The notes: generated by a model not told the origin, from the sequence alone. A DNA stretch of 64,000 bases from Thermoproteota archaeon (GCA_037917685.1 JAVCBU010000006.1:32001-96000), one strand, 5' to 3'. Shown: positions 39,244-48,766, numbered from the stretch's first letter. Program-made: numbers and translations.

Positions 39244-39891
39244 TTGATCATACTTTTATTTGTGAGAATTTTCAGGGTATATCCGAAGCATCCTGATTTG
39301 CACGCTATTGAATTAGCCGCTAATGTTATAAGGATGGGGGGATTTGTAGTATATCCTACCGACACGTGTTACGCCCTAGGAGTAAATGCTCTAAACCCTA
39401 GGGCAGTATTGGAACTTTACAGGTTAAAGAAAAGAAGCTTGTCTAAATATATAACAATGGCCCTCTCCGACGTCAAAGAGCTTGATAAATACGCAGTTTG
39501 GGAGATTAAGTATGACGGTATAATACAACGGTTTTTACCCGGACCAGTAACTTTCATTATGCACAAGAAGGCGGTGGTTCCAGACATTCTTAACCCTACA
39601 GCTGTGGGGATAAGGATTCCAGACAATGATATTGCAAGGCTGCTTGTAAATAAGGCAGGAGTGCCCGTCACTGCAACCAGCGCTAATATTTCAGGGGCTC
39701 CACAGGCTTATAAGATAGAAAATATAGTGAGATACTTCGGCGAAGGGGTTGATGTAATACTTGACGCAGGCCAACTTCCATATAGGCCTCCCTCAACGAT
39801 CGTCGATCTCACCGGGCCTAAGCCTGTTTTAATACGTGAAGGTGCGGTTCCATTTGCTGAGATCCTTAGAGTTTTGAGGGAAACGGCATGA
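39244..39891 (+). CDS. sua5: Threonylcarbamoyl-AMP synthase (short TsaC/YrdC type)
   Basis: VYPTDTCYALG, K.R...K, PGPVT, GIRIP, ATSANISG, PSTIVD. Confidence 0.9.
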   Translation: MIILLFVRIFRVYPKHPDLHAIELAANVIRMGGFVVYPTDTCYALGVNALNPRAVLELYRLKKRSLSKYITMALSDVKELDKYAVWEIKYDGIIQRFLPGPVTFIMHKKAVVPDILNPTAVGIRIPDNDIARLLVNKAGVPVTATSANISGAPQAYKIENIVRYFGEGVDVILDAGQLPYRPPSTIVDLTGPKPVLIREGAVPFAEILRVLRETA

Positions 39892-40889
39892 AGGGAGAGA
39901 AGAATATTATATGTTTGGGGATAGAGTCTACAGCCCATACGTTTGGAGTAGGCATCGTAGATTCTAGAGGTAACATATTCAGCAATGTTTTATCAACGTA
40001 TCGCCCGGCTACTGGTGGAATTCATCCATTTGAAGCTTCCGAGCACCATTACAAGGTTGCCTTGGCTACGATACAGAAAGCACTAAAAGAGGCATCTCTA
40101 CGATTAAACAATGTGAACCTTATAGGCTTTTCAGCAGGGCCCGGCCTCCCCCCTTGCCTTAGCATAGGAGCTGTTATTGCTAGAACTCTAAGTATTAAAT
40201 GTAACGTTCCTCTTTCCCTAGTTAATCATTGCATAGCCCATATCGAAATAGGAAGGCTCACTACTAAGCTGCATGACCCACTTACAGTTTTCGTCTCTGG
40301 AGTCAATACCCAACTTATCGTCCATGATGGTAGAGGTTACGTGGTTATAGGCGAAACGCAGGACATAGGTCTCGGAAATGCGCAGGATAAGCTTGGGAGG
40401 GAAGTAGGCCTACCCTTCCCTGTGGGGCCACACTTAGATAAGATAAGTGGGAGATGGATTGATCTTCCATATACCGTCAAGGGAATGGATCTAGCTTTTA
40501 GTGGAATTTTAACAGAAGCCATCAAAAAGCTTAAGAAGGGTTTTAAATGGGAGGATGTTGCGTATAGTTTTCAAGAGGTTACTTTTTCCATGCTTGTCGA
40601 GGCAGCCGAACGTGCCCTAGCCCATACAGGTAAGGACAGCCTACTATTAACAGGAGGGGTCGCTGCTTCGCCTAGACTCCAAGAAAAATTTAGGATAATG
40701 TGTGAGGATAGAGGAGTTATTTTTAAGGTTGTACCTAAGGCTCTTGCTATAGATAATGGCGCCATGATAGCTTGGACCGCAATTTTATCTTACAGGTTAC
40801 ATGGGGGCGACGACTTAGAATTTAAAGTTAGGCCGAAATGGAGAATAGACAGTTTAGAGTGGCCTCTTCAAGAAGTTGGAGGAGGTTGA
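39888..40889 (+). CDS. kae1: KEOPS t6A synthase Kae1
   Basis: LGIESTAHT, GPGLPPCL, VNHCIAHIE, LPYTVKGMD.AFSG, DNGAMIA. Confidence 0.94.
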   Translation: MKGEKNIICLGIESTAHTFGVGIVDSRGNIFSNVLSTYRPATGGIHPFEASEHHYKVALATIQKALKEASLRLNNVNLIGFSAGPGLPPCLSIGAVIARTLSIKCNVPLSLVNHCIAHIEIGRLTTKLHDPLTVFVSGVNTQLIVHDGRGYVVIGETQDIGLGNAQDKLGREVGLPFPVGPHLDKISGRWIDLPYTVKGMDLAFSGILTEAIKKLKKGFKWEDVAYSFQEVTFSMLVEAAERALAHTGKDSLLLTGGVAASPRLQEKFRIMCEDRGVIFKVVPKALAIDNGAMIAWTAILSYRLHGGDDLEFKVRPKWRIDSLEWPLQEVGGG

Positions 40890-41457
40890 TATGAAGATTT
40901 GTATTACCGGATTCACCGGTGCAGGTAAGAGTACGTTAGCAAAAAGGCTTGCTAAGAGATTCAATCTTAAAATAGTCTCTGGCGGGGAAATGCTAAAGAA
41001 GATAGCCCTTGAAAGGGGGTTTAAGGATGAAGTTGGATGGTGGGAGAAGCCTTCGGGACAGAAATTCCTTGAGATGAGGCTTAAGAATCTAGATGTAGAC
41101 AAGGAAATAGATCGGCGGTTATTGGAGATAGCTGAAAGGGAGGATAACATTATCCTCGATGCTTGGACTATGGCCTACCTATACAAAGGCGACGCTATAA
41201 AAATATACCTAAAGGCTAGCCTCGAGGAAAGAGCTAGAAGGGTTTCTAAAAGAGATAATATACACTTTAACGATGCATTAGAAAGAGTTAAGAGAAAAGA
41301 TAAGTTGACATCAACAATCTATGAGAAGCTTTATGGGTTTAAGCTAGGTGATGATCTGAAACCTTTCCATATCGTAGTTGACACCACAAGGCTAAAACCG
41401 GATGACGTTGAACTCATTGTCTCAAGTTTTATAATGTCATGGTTGAGAGATAGTTAG
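40876..41457 (+). CDS. cmk: Cytidylate kinase (archaeal type)
   Basis: ITGFTGAGKST, VSGG, DKEID, ERARRV..RD, LYG. Confidence 0.85.
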   Translation: MEEVDMKICITGFTGAGKSTLAKRLAKRFNLKIVSGGEMLKKIALERGFKDEVGWWEKPSGQKFLEMRLKNLDVDKEIDRRLLEIAEREDNIILDAWTMAYLYKGDAIKIYLKASLEERARRVSKRDNIHFNDALERVKRKDKLTSTIYEKLYGFKLGDDLKPFHIVVDTTRLKPDDVELIVSSFIMSWLRDS

Positions 41458-42081
41458 ATTCTCCTGAACTATTATTTGCTTGCTTAACAAATCGGACGCC
41501 TGGAATATATTTATGAGTTCTGAAGGCTCGAATACTCCAAACACTTTCCGTCTAGAAACAGGCTGGATCGGTATTAGTAATTCCTCAACATTACTTATCA
41601 TCTGCCTCGGATATTTGTTCTCCTGAGATTTAGGGGGTTTTACGCCTACGAAGGCTAAACCTTCTTTTTTGATGCATACGATTTTGCCCCAGTTTTCGGA
41701 GGATAGGATAAGGCTGAGCTCCCTTGTTTGAATATCCTTTAATATTACGTCTACGTTAAGATAACCGGCTTTTAGAGGAGGTATAAGCTCCGTTAAACTC
41801 CCCCTAGGGAATATATTCCTATTATCCTCTATTTTACTTACAATAAGTTTCTCATAGGGGTGCTTAGTTGCTGTGGTTAGCGCTGTTACACCATGATACT
41901 CTAACCCGCCAGCGCTTCCACCAGCTATAATTGGCTTTCCATCATAAAAAACAATGGAAAATTCTAAGTCTTTCCCTGTAAGCCTGAGCTTATAGATACC
42001 CTTGAATTTCTTTAAGTATTCAAAGATTGCTCTGATGGGAACTTCTCCACCGGTGGATTCTAAAACAGGTTGTTCAGGCAT
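41437..42081 (-). CDS. Hypothetical protein, PATAN/DUF2226-like N-terminus
   Basis: FKG..RL......IVFYDGKPIIA.......GVTAL pattern. Confidence 0.45.
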   Translation of the reverse strand: MPEQPVLESTGGEVPIRAIFEYLKKFKGIYKLRLTGKDLEFSIVFYDGKPIIAGGSAGGLEYHGVTALTTATKHPYEKLIVSKIEDNRNIFPRGSLTELIPPLKAGYLNVDVILKDIQTRELSLILSSENWGKIVCIKKEGLAFVGVKPPKSQENKYPRQMISNVEELLIPIQPVSRRKVFGVFEPSELINIFQASDLLSKQIIVQENLTISQP

Positions 42082-42132
42082 TCGATAGGTTTATACTGAA
42101 GATAATATAAATATCTTAGGCTAATAAATATA

Positions 42133-42618
42133 GTGACTTGTATGGGCTGGTATGACGCTCCATTCGTGCCAACAGATGAGAATGTAGTCAGAGAAATGCT
42201 AAAGTTGGCCGAGCTTAAACCAGGCGAGATATTATACGACTTAGGATCCGGAGACGGGAGGATAGTTGTGATTGCTGCTAAGGAATTTAAAGCCAGGGCT
42301 GTAGGGATTGAGGTTAGAAAGGACCTTATCAAGAGATCTTGGGAGAATGCTAGGAAGGCGGGAGTGTTGGACAAGGTTAGATTTATTAATGCGAATTTTT
42401 TCCACGTTGATATAAGCGAGGCTGATGTGGTAACTCTTTTTCTACTAACATCTACAAATGAGAAGCTAAGGCCTAAACTGGAATCAGAACTCAAAGAGGG
42501 AGCCAGAGTCGTATCTCATGAGTTTGAGATCAGGCCATGGAAGCCTGAAAGAATGGAGATCGTAAGCGATGGTTTAAACACACATAAACTGCTTCTATAT
42601 AGGATTAAGAAGGAGTAG
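42133..42618 (+). CDS. SAM-dependent protein lysine methyltransferase (aKMT-like)
   Basis: PFVPT, YDLGSGDGR, ADVVTLFL, LRPKLE.EL..GARVVSHEF. Confidence 0.8.
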   Translation: MTCMGWYDAPFVPTDENVVREMLKLAELKPGEILYDLGSGDGRIVVIAAKEFKARAVGIEVRKDLIKRSWENARKAGVLDKVRFINANFFHVDISEADVVTLFLLTSTNEKLRPKLESELKEGARVVSHEFEIRPWKPERMEIVSDGLNTHKLLLYRIKKE

Positions 42619-44431
42619 GCGTGTAGAAGTACTCTCCCGCTTCACGTGCAAGCCTGTCAAGTCTACTTCCCGGCTTATTAACTCTAGCTCTTCCAGTTTC
42701 AGGATCTCTTCTAAAAGTTATATCTAAAAGTTTTAAGAACATGTTTAACGCTTTATGAACGGGTAAAGGGGGTGATGCATGCCCTCTTATACCAGGATCT
42801 CCTGTGAAGAGGATTATTCTATCAGCTATAGATTCGACAAGGAGGATATCATGCTCTACTAAAATGCATATTTTATTGGTACCTTCAATCCGCCTCTTTA
42901 TTGCTTTAGCTGCCGCATAACGCATTTCAACGTCGAGGAAGGCGCTTGGCTCATCTATTAGGTATATGTCAGCGTCTCTACCTAATGTTAATGCTATAGC
43001 CACCCTTTGTAGCTCGCCCCCACTAAGTTGATTCAGTCTTCTGTCCATTATAGGTGTTAAGTTAAGTCTGCTGAGTACTTCTGATTTGAAGAAGCTTGAC
43101 CTCGTGTTTTTCCCCAGAGCCTTTGAAAGAATGGATCTGACGGTTCCTTCATAATCTCTCCTGAGATATTGCGGTTTGTAGGCTACTTTAAGTTTCTCAG
43201 GCCATATTTCACCGTAAACAGGCTCTATTATACCAGCTACTAGTTTAACAAAACTAGTTTTTCCTATACCATTGGGTCCTACACAAACTATCGTCTCACC
43301 CGCCTTGAGTTCGCCTGGTTCTACAGTGAGCTCAAATCCCCCATCATACTTTAGATATATCTCTGAATAGCCACTTACCTTTTCAACAGCAGTTATCAGA
43401 CCTGACGGTCTTTTTTTAAATATGATTGGTTCAGATCTGAACCTAACATTCTCATCAGGTAGGTATCCTCTTAGGAATATGTTTATTCCTTCTCGCACAC
43501 CATAGGGATTGCTTACTATTCCATAAGCTCCGGGAACTCCGTATAATACATGTATGTAGTCGCTCAGGTAGTCTAATACTGCCAGATCATGCTCAACTAC
43601 TAAGACAGATTTATCCCTCTTAGCTGCAAGATTTCTGATCATTTTGGCAATTTTCATCCTTTGGAATACATCGAGGTAGTTTGTTGGCTCATCGAAAAGG
43701 TATATATCCGCTTCTCTTAATAATGACACTGCAACTGCTACGGTTTGCAGTTCCCCTCCGCTGATTGAAGTTATATCGTTATTTAATATGTTGTCAATGC
43801 CCAGTTTTTTCGCAACCTCCTTGTGCATATCGTAGTCGTCATAATCTTTAAGAAGATCTCTAACTTTACCAGGAAACATTTTAGGTATTAAGTCTATTCT
43901 CTCTGGTTTTATAGATAGTTTTATCTCGCCTTTTAATAGTTTTTCAAAGTATGGCTGAAGTTCTGAGCCTCTAAACATCGATATTATCTCTTTCAGAGAA
44001 GGTTCCTTGCCAGGGTCTCCAAAATTAATCTTAAGCTTTCCGGAAAGTATCTTCAAAACCGTGGATTTTCCAACACCATTCTGGCCGATAAGCCCGACCA
44101 CTTTTCCAGGTCTTAAAAGGGGGAGCCTACAGAGAAGGAAACCATTTTCATCGTATCTGAATATCTCGTCCCCCTCTGCTGGCTCCGGAAGCCTGACTAT
44201 ATTAATAGCTGAGAAGGGACATTTTTTGACGCACATACCGCAACCAGTACAGAGTTCTTCTACGATCCTCATTTTTCCATCTTCGTCTATGTAAACAACT
44301 TTACCACCTGATCTGTTGATGGGACAGTATTTTACACATTCAAGGCCGCACTTTTCTGGTCTGCATTTTTCTCTATCTACTACAGCTATTCTACGCATAT
44401 TGATCAGCTTCAGTACGATTTGGTCCTCCAC
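42605..44431 (-). CDS. rli: Ribosome recycling ATPase ABCE1/Rli1
   Basis: Two Fe-S motifs, two ABC domains (GQNGVGKST, GPNGIGKTS, SGGELQ), TFRRD..TGR.RVNK..S; true start probably at MRRIAVV. Confidence 0.96.
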   Translation of the reverse strand: MEDQIVLKLINMRRIAVVDREKCRPEKCGLECVKYCPINRSGGKVVYIDEDGKMRIVEELCTGCGMCVKKCPFSAINIVRLPEPAEGDEIFRYDENGFLLCRLPLLRPGKVVGLIGQNGVGKSTVLKILSGKLKINFGDPGKEPSLKEIISMFRGSELQPYFEKLLKGEIKLSIKPERIDLIPKMFPGKVRDLLKDYDDYDMHKEVAKKLGIDNILNNDITSISGGELQTVAVAVSLLREADIYLFDEPTNYLDVFQRMKIAKMIRNLAAKRDKSVLVVEHDLAVLDYLSDYIHVLYGVPGAYGIVSNPYGVREGINIFLRGYLPDENVRFRSEPIIFKKRPSGLITAVEKVSGYSEIYLKYDGGFELTVEPGELKAGETIVCVGPNGIGKTSFVKLVAGIIEPVYGEIWPEKLKVAYKPQYLRRDYEGTVRSILSKALGKNTRSSFFKSEVLSRLNLTPIMDRRLNQLSGGELQRVAIALTLGRDADIYLIDEPSAFLDVEMRYAAAKAIKRRIEGTNKICILVEHDILLVESIADRIILFTGDPGIRGHASPPLPVHKALNMFLKLLDITFRRDPETGRARVNKPGSRLDRLAREAGEYFYTPTPS

Positions 44432-45783
44432 CTATTCCATTTAAAGAATGCAGAGAGAGAATCGACAGCTTTATATGGCTCGTCATATGCTGGTACGCCA
44501 TGATAATTAAGTTCATTTATTGCAAGCTGTGTTTTCGATCCCCCAATCAGAGATGCTACTACGGGTTTATCCTGTGCTCTCACAGATGAAGCTATAGTCT
44601 TTGCGATCATGACAGGGTTGGTGACTGCTGTTTCGCAGTATAACACTATAATGGCGTTAACTTCTTCGCTTGAAAGGCAGGTAGTTATAGCTCCTTTGTA
44701 GTCTTCTTCGGAAGCCATTCCGGTAAGATCGATAGGGTTTTTGACGCTGCCGAATGGTGGCATAAATCTGCGTAGTTTATTCTTCAGCTCGTCTGATGGG
44801 TCTATAAGTGGTATGGATAATTTTTCGCAGACATCAGACGCCATCACTCCGACGCCTCCTCCGTTTGTGATTATTATAGTGTTGTATCCGTGGAATTTAA
44901 AGTTGGAAGAGAATATTCTGGCCCAGTTAAACGCTTGAGAAACAGTTGAGGCCATTAATACTCCAGATTGTTTGAAAGCCGCTTTGTATACTTGAGCACT
45001 ACCAGCAAGACTGCCGGTGTGTGAGCTGGCTGCTATCATCCCTCTTTTGCTCACTCCCGATTTTAAAGCTATTATAGGCTTGTTTATTGATGTTTCCAGG
45101 GCAGCTTCCATGAATCTTCTTCCATCCTTCACCCCTTCTATGTATATCAGTATAACCTTAGTCGAGTTGTCCCAGTTAAAATATTCAATGAAGTCTGCAT
45201 CGTCTAAATCCGCCTTATTACCTATGCTCACGATGGCAGATAGCCCTATCCTCTCAGTGATAGTCCAACCCATTAAAGCTATGCCGAGAGCCCCAGACTG
45301 GGTTACGAATGCTATGGAACCCTTGAGAACATCTTTAGGGCCAAATGTCGCATTAAGATCTGAGGCTGCGCAATAGACTCCAAATATGTTGGGACCTAGT
45401 ATCCTCAATCCACCTTCCTTAGCGGTTTCAACGATCTCAGCTTCGAGCCGCCTATTTCCAACTTCTCCAAATCCACTCGTGATAACCGCAGCAACCTTAA
45501 CTTTGGACTTAACACAATCTTTTATAACTGGGTGTACTGCCTGGGCGGGTACAACTATTATTGCTAGATCTACTGGTTTTCCTATCGATGATACGTTAGG
45601 ATAACATTTTAGCCCGAGTACCTCTGTGGCTCGGGGGTTTACAGGATAAACTTGACCTTTAAATCCGTATTCTATGATGTTTTTAAGGATTTCATGACCT
45701 ATTTTTCCCGGGGTTCTGGAGGCTCCTACAACGGCTATAGAAGAAGGATTCATAAGGTATCGTATTGCCTTGAACGCTGACAT
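44410..45783 (-). CDS. acdA: ADP-forming acyl/acetate-CoA ligase alpha subunit
   Basis: SIAVVGAS, LGPNIFG, QSGA, SHTGSLAG, TNGGG.GV, NPIDLTG. Confidence 0.9.
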   Translation of the reverse strand: MSAFKAIRYLMNPSSIAVVGASRTPGKIGHEILKNIIEYGFKGQVYPVNPRATEVLGLKCYPNVSSIGKPVDLAIIVVPAQAVHPVIKDCVKSKVKVAAVITSGFGEVGNRRLEAEIVETAKEGGLRILGPNIFGVYCAASDLNATFGPKDVLKGSIAFVTQSGALGIALMGWTITERIGLSAIVSIGNKADLDDADFIEYFNWDNSTKVILIYIEGVKDGRRFMEAALETSINKPIIALKSGVSKRGMIAASSHTGSLAGSAQVYKAAFKQSGVLMASTVSQAFNWARIFSSNFKFHGYNTIIITNGGGVGVMASDVCEKLSIPLIDPSDELKNKLRRFMPPFGSVKNPIDLTGMASEEDYKGAITTCLSSEEVNAIIVLYCETAVTNPVMIAKTIASSVRAQDKPVVASLIGGSKTQLAINELNYHGVPAYDEPYKAVDSLSAFFKWNRWRTKSY

Positions 45784-45811
45784 ATGTATAGTATGGCTAA
45801 AACCACATAAA

Positions 45812-46333
45812 TTAAAAGTTTTTACGAGATTCTTTGAGAAGCTTCCACACCTTATCGCCTACATGGTGATACACTCTTACAGCTTTACCACGTTTGTCAC
45901 TCTTAACTTTAGATGGTGGTAATAGTAACTTACCCACCGCTATGATTGAATGATGTTTTTCGTCATCTACTGCTACAAGATTACCTTCTTGGGCTTCAGC
46001 ATCTATCTTAACGATGCCAGGAGCCATTACATCCGCTCCTTTAGCTATGTAGGGGATTGCGCCTAGATCTACGGTTACTCTTGGGATTCGTAGATTGAAG
46101 CTCTCAACTGCTTCTATGGTTACAAATTCTTTATTTTCTAACTCTACGACTATGGGGACCCCCTGATAATATGTTATTTTTATCTCCCTTCCTGATATTT
46201 TGGTTGTACCTATTTCAAATACGCATTTTTCTGGGAGAATCTGGAGTAGGAAGGGGAATTTCTTAGTTAGCTCTTCGCGGAGTCTCTTAGACTCTCTCCT
46301 ACCCAAACTTCTTTTTCTGATCTCTGAACCCAT
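45812..46333 (-). CDS. DUF1947/PUA RNA-binding protein (MCT-1/Tma20-like)
   Basis: VTVDLGAIPYIAKGADVMAPGI, GKAV..HHVGD..W. Confidence 0.85.
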   Translation of the reverse strand: MGSEIRKRSLGRRESKRLREELTKKFPFLLQILPEKCVFEIGTTKISGREIKITYYQGVPIVVELENKEFVTIEAVESFNLRIPRVTVDLGAIPYIAKGADVMAPGIVKIDAEAQEGNLVAVDDEKHHSIIAVGKLLLPPSKVKSDKRGKAVRVYHHVGDKVWKLLKESRKNF

Positions 46334-46391
46334 AATAGTAAAGGGTCATTAGGATGTTTTATATGTGAGGGTTGCCAGCTGTTATAGTGTA

Positions 46392-48266
46392 ATGATTAGG
46401 GAGGTTAGACTAAGGAACTTCATGACGTTCAAAGATGAAACGGTGGTACCCTTTACTGACGGTTTGAACGTTATTACAGGGCCTAATGGTGCTGGAAAAT
46501 CTTCTATAGTCTCAGCTATCCAGTTATGTCTCGGATCGCTTGGTAGAGAGAGGCTTAGACGTCTCTCGGACTTTATCAGGTGGGGAGAGAGGGAGGCTGA
46601 AATTTCGGTAATCTTGGACAATAGTGATAGTAAATTTGATGTGAATAGCGATCATGTTACAATAACCAGAATCTTACAGAGAGGCAGAGCTACAGAGAAT
46701 TATCTTAATGGACGATGGATAAGATTTAGGGATTTACGCGAACTGTTAGACAGGGCTAAAATCGATGCAGATAACCCCCTTGCTATAGTAACCCAGGGAA
46801 AAGCCAACAGATGGATAGAATTAAAGCCTAGAGAGCGATTAAAATATCTTGAATCCATACTTGGGATCTTGGAATTCCACGAATCTGTCATAGGGCTCAG
46901 AGATAGGGTATCTAAAATCAAGGAGAAATTGGCAGAACTCAATAATAACTTGTTAGAGCTTGAAAACAGGCTTAATGAGAAGATAGAGGAGGAAGAAAAG
47001 TACGAGAGAAAAATGAAGCTTCAACTTGAGTTATTGGAGCTGGAAAAGCTTAGGAAATTTGCCGTTGTAAATTATAGAAAGCAGGTTCTAATAGGCGAAA
47101 TGAGGAACCTGAAAAAGGCAGAAGCTGACCTTGAAACCCTTAAGTCAAAAATTTCAGAGAGAAAAGCCCTCATAGAAGGGCTAGAATCCAAAATTGAAAA
47201 GCTTGAAGTTGAAGAGGCTAGACTAATAGGCACCCAAAAGGAGCTTGAAGAAAGTATACGCATCGTTGAGGCAGAACTCGACAGGATTATTGGAGAGATA
47301 AAAGTTAACGATCAAAATACCTACGTTAAAATGATTAATTTATTTAGAAAAGCCGTAGACACAGTGAAAAGGCTGAAAAATCTTTACTTTAAATACCATT
47401 TAGTTTTTGAAAGACTAAAGTCAACTCAGTTCGAGATTGAACGCCGTAGATTGCTGCTTAAGAGAGCAGAAGCCTCGCTTAAGAGGCTTAATAACAGGTT
47501 ATCTACCCTAAAAGAAAACTTAGAAATGTTAAGGGATAGAATTATAGATTTACAGAACAGTTTGAAGAGCGCTGAGGCTGAAGTAAGAGGGATAGAACCG
47601 CCTGGAGAAGTTCCTGATCTTGATTATATTGATAGGAGGATCATAGAGGTCGAAGCTGAGCTAAAAGCCTACGGAAAAGTAGGCGAATACGCAAAAGAAG
47701 AGGTTCAAAGGTTAAGAGAAATATATAAAACTCTTGAAACTAAGAAAAAGGAAATAATGGAGGAACTTGAAGGGTGTATCACAGAGTACAATGAAGCATT
47801 CAGAAAGTGGAAGACAGAAATCATGGAAATCGCCACTAAGATAAACGATGCGTTTGAAGATATACTTAGAGTCGTTGATGGTAAGGGGTATGTCAAGATA
47901 GTGAACGCTAGCGATCCCAATGAGGCTGGTATAGAGATATATGCCGGCCTAAAAGGTGTATCTCCTCAGCCGGTAAGCAGTCTGTCTCATTCCGGTGGTG
48001 AGAGAACAATCATCACGATAGCTTTTATAGTTGCATTACATAGGCTTACAGAAATGCCCTTTAGAATACTAGATGAGTTTGAGGTCCATTTAGATCCAAT
48101 AAACCTTGAACTCGTATCTAAACTTCTAAAAGAAGCATCTAAGGATGCCCAATACATAATAATAACACCCTTGAGGTGGAGAATACCTCCCGATGCAGAT
48201 ACAGTGATCCTGGTGGAAAGAGGGCAAAAAGAACAGGCAATGGTAAAACTCTACAAAAAGGATTGA
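46392..48266 (+). CDS. Short SMC-family ATPase, Smc5/6-like, no hinge
   Basis: LRNFMTF, NVITGPNGAGKSS, Q-loop TQG, long coiled coil, HSGGER, PFRILDEFEVHLD, QYIIITP. Confidence 0.8.
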   Translation: MIREVRLRNFMTFKDETVVPFTDGLNVITGPNGAGKSSIVSAIQLCLGSLGRERLRRLSDFIRWGEREAEISVILDNSDSKFDVNSDHVTITRILQRGRATENYLNGRWIRFRDLRELLDRAKIDADNPLAIVTQGKANRWIELKPRERLKYLESILGILEFHESVIGLRDRVSKIKEKLAELNNNLLELENRLNEKIEEEEKYERKMKLQLELLELEKLRKFAVVNYRKQVLIGEMRNLKKAEADLETLKSKISERKALIEGLESKIEKLEVEEARLIGTQKELEESIRIVEAELDRIIGEIKVNDQNTYVKMINLFRKAVDTVKRLKNLYFKYHLVFERLKSTQFEIERRRLLLKRAEASLKRLNNRLSTLKENLEMLRDRIIDLQNSLKSAEAEVRGIEPPGEVPDLDYIDRRIIEVEAELKAYGKVGEYAKEEVQRLREIYKTLETKKKEIMEELEGCITEYNEAFRKWKTEIMEIATKINDAFEDILRVVDGKGYVKIVNASDPNEAGIEIYAGLKGVSPQPVSSLSHSGGERTIITIAFIVALHRLTEMPFRILDEFEVHLDPINLELVSKLLKEASKDAQYIIITPLRWRIPPDADTVILVERGQKEQAMVKLYKKD

Positions 48267-48309
48267 TTTCCCCACATTACCCTGGTGGACAACGATTTGA
48301 AAAGTTGAG

Positions 48310-48451
48310 TCCCGGCGGCCGGATTCTCTCCTTGATTCGAACCGGCGACCCGCTGGTTTCTGCGAGCAGCCGCTGGCGGGTTAGCGCATGCCAGCGCTAA
48401 CTACAGCCAGCTGCTCTATAGCGGCCTGTACTACCACTGAGCTACGCCGGG
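48310..48451 (-). tRNA. tRNA-Tyr(GTA) with three introns (20/21, 37/38, about 59/60)
   Basis: C1-G72 acceptor CCCGGCG/CGCCGGG-A; removing 48418-48432, 48358-48400 and 48324-48335 gives a 72-nt cloverleaf with loop CTGTAGA. Confidence 0.88.
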
Positions 48452-48538
48452 ACAATAAAATCATTGTTAGAACTGAGATATTAAGTTTACGCTCAATATT
48501 CGATAGATTTATATTAGGGGGAGGGAAATTAGATTAAT

Positions 48539-48612
48539 GCCCGGGTGGTGTAGCCAGGCTAGCATAGGGGCCTGTCGAGCCTCTGACTCGGGTTCAAATC
48601 CCGACCCGGGCG
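48539..48612 (+). tRNA. tRNA-Asp(GTC), intronless
   Basis: GCCCGGG acceptor, GGGGC-CTGTCGA-GCCTC anticodon arm, TTCAAAT. Confidence 0.95.
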
Positions 48613-48665
48613 TTTCCTCATGTGGAAGCGTAACTGTTAAAATCAATAACGAGCATATTAGATAT

Positions 48666-48766
48666 GGGCCCGTAGCTCAGTATGGTAGAGCACCGGAGTT
48701 TCCGGTGAAGCTTTTAAACCGGGTTAAGAAACCCGGGGGTCGTGGGTTCAAATCCCGCCGGGCCCG
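48666..48766 (+). tRNA. tRNA-Lys(TTT) with two introns (30/31 and 37/38)
   Basis: Removing 48697-48709 and 48717-48730 gives anticodon arm CCGGG-CTTTTAA-CCCGG in a 74-nt cloverleaf. Confidence 0.88.
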
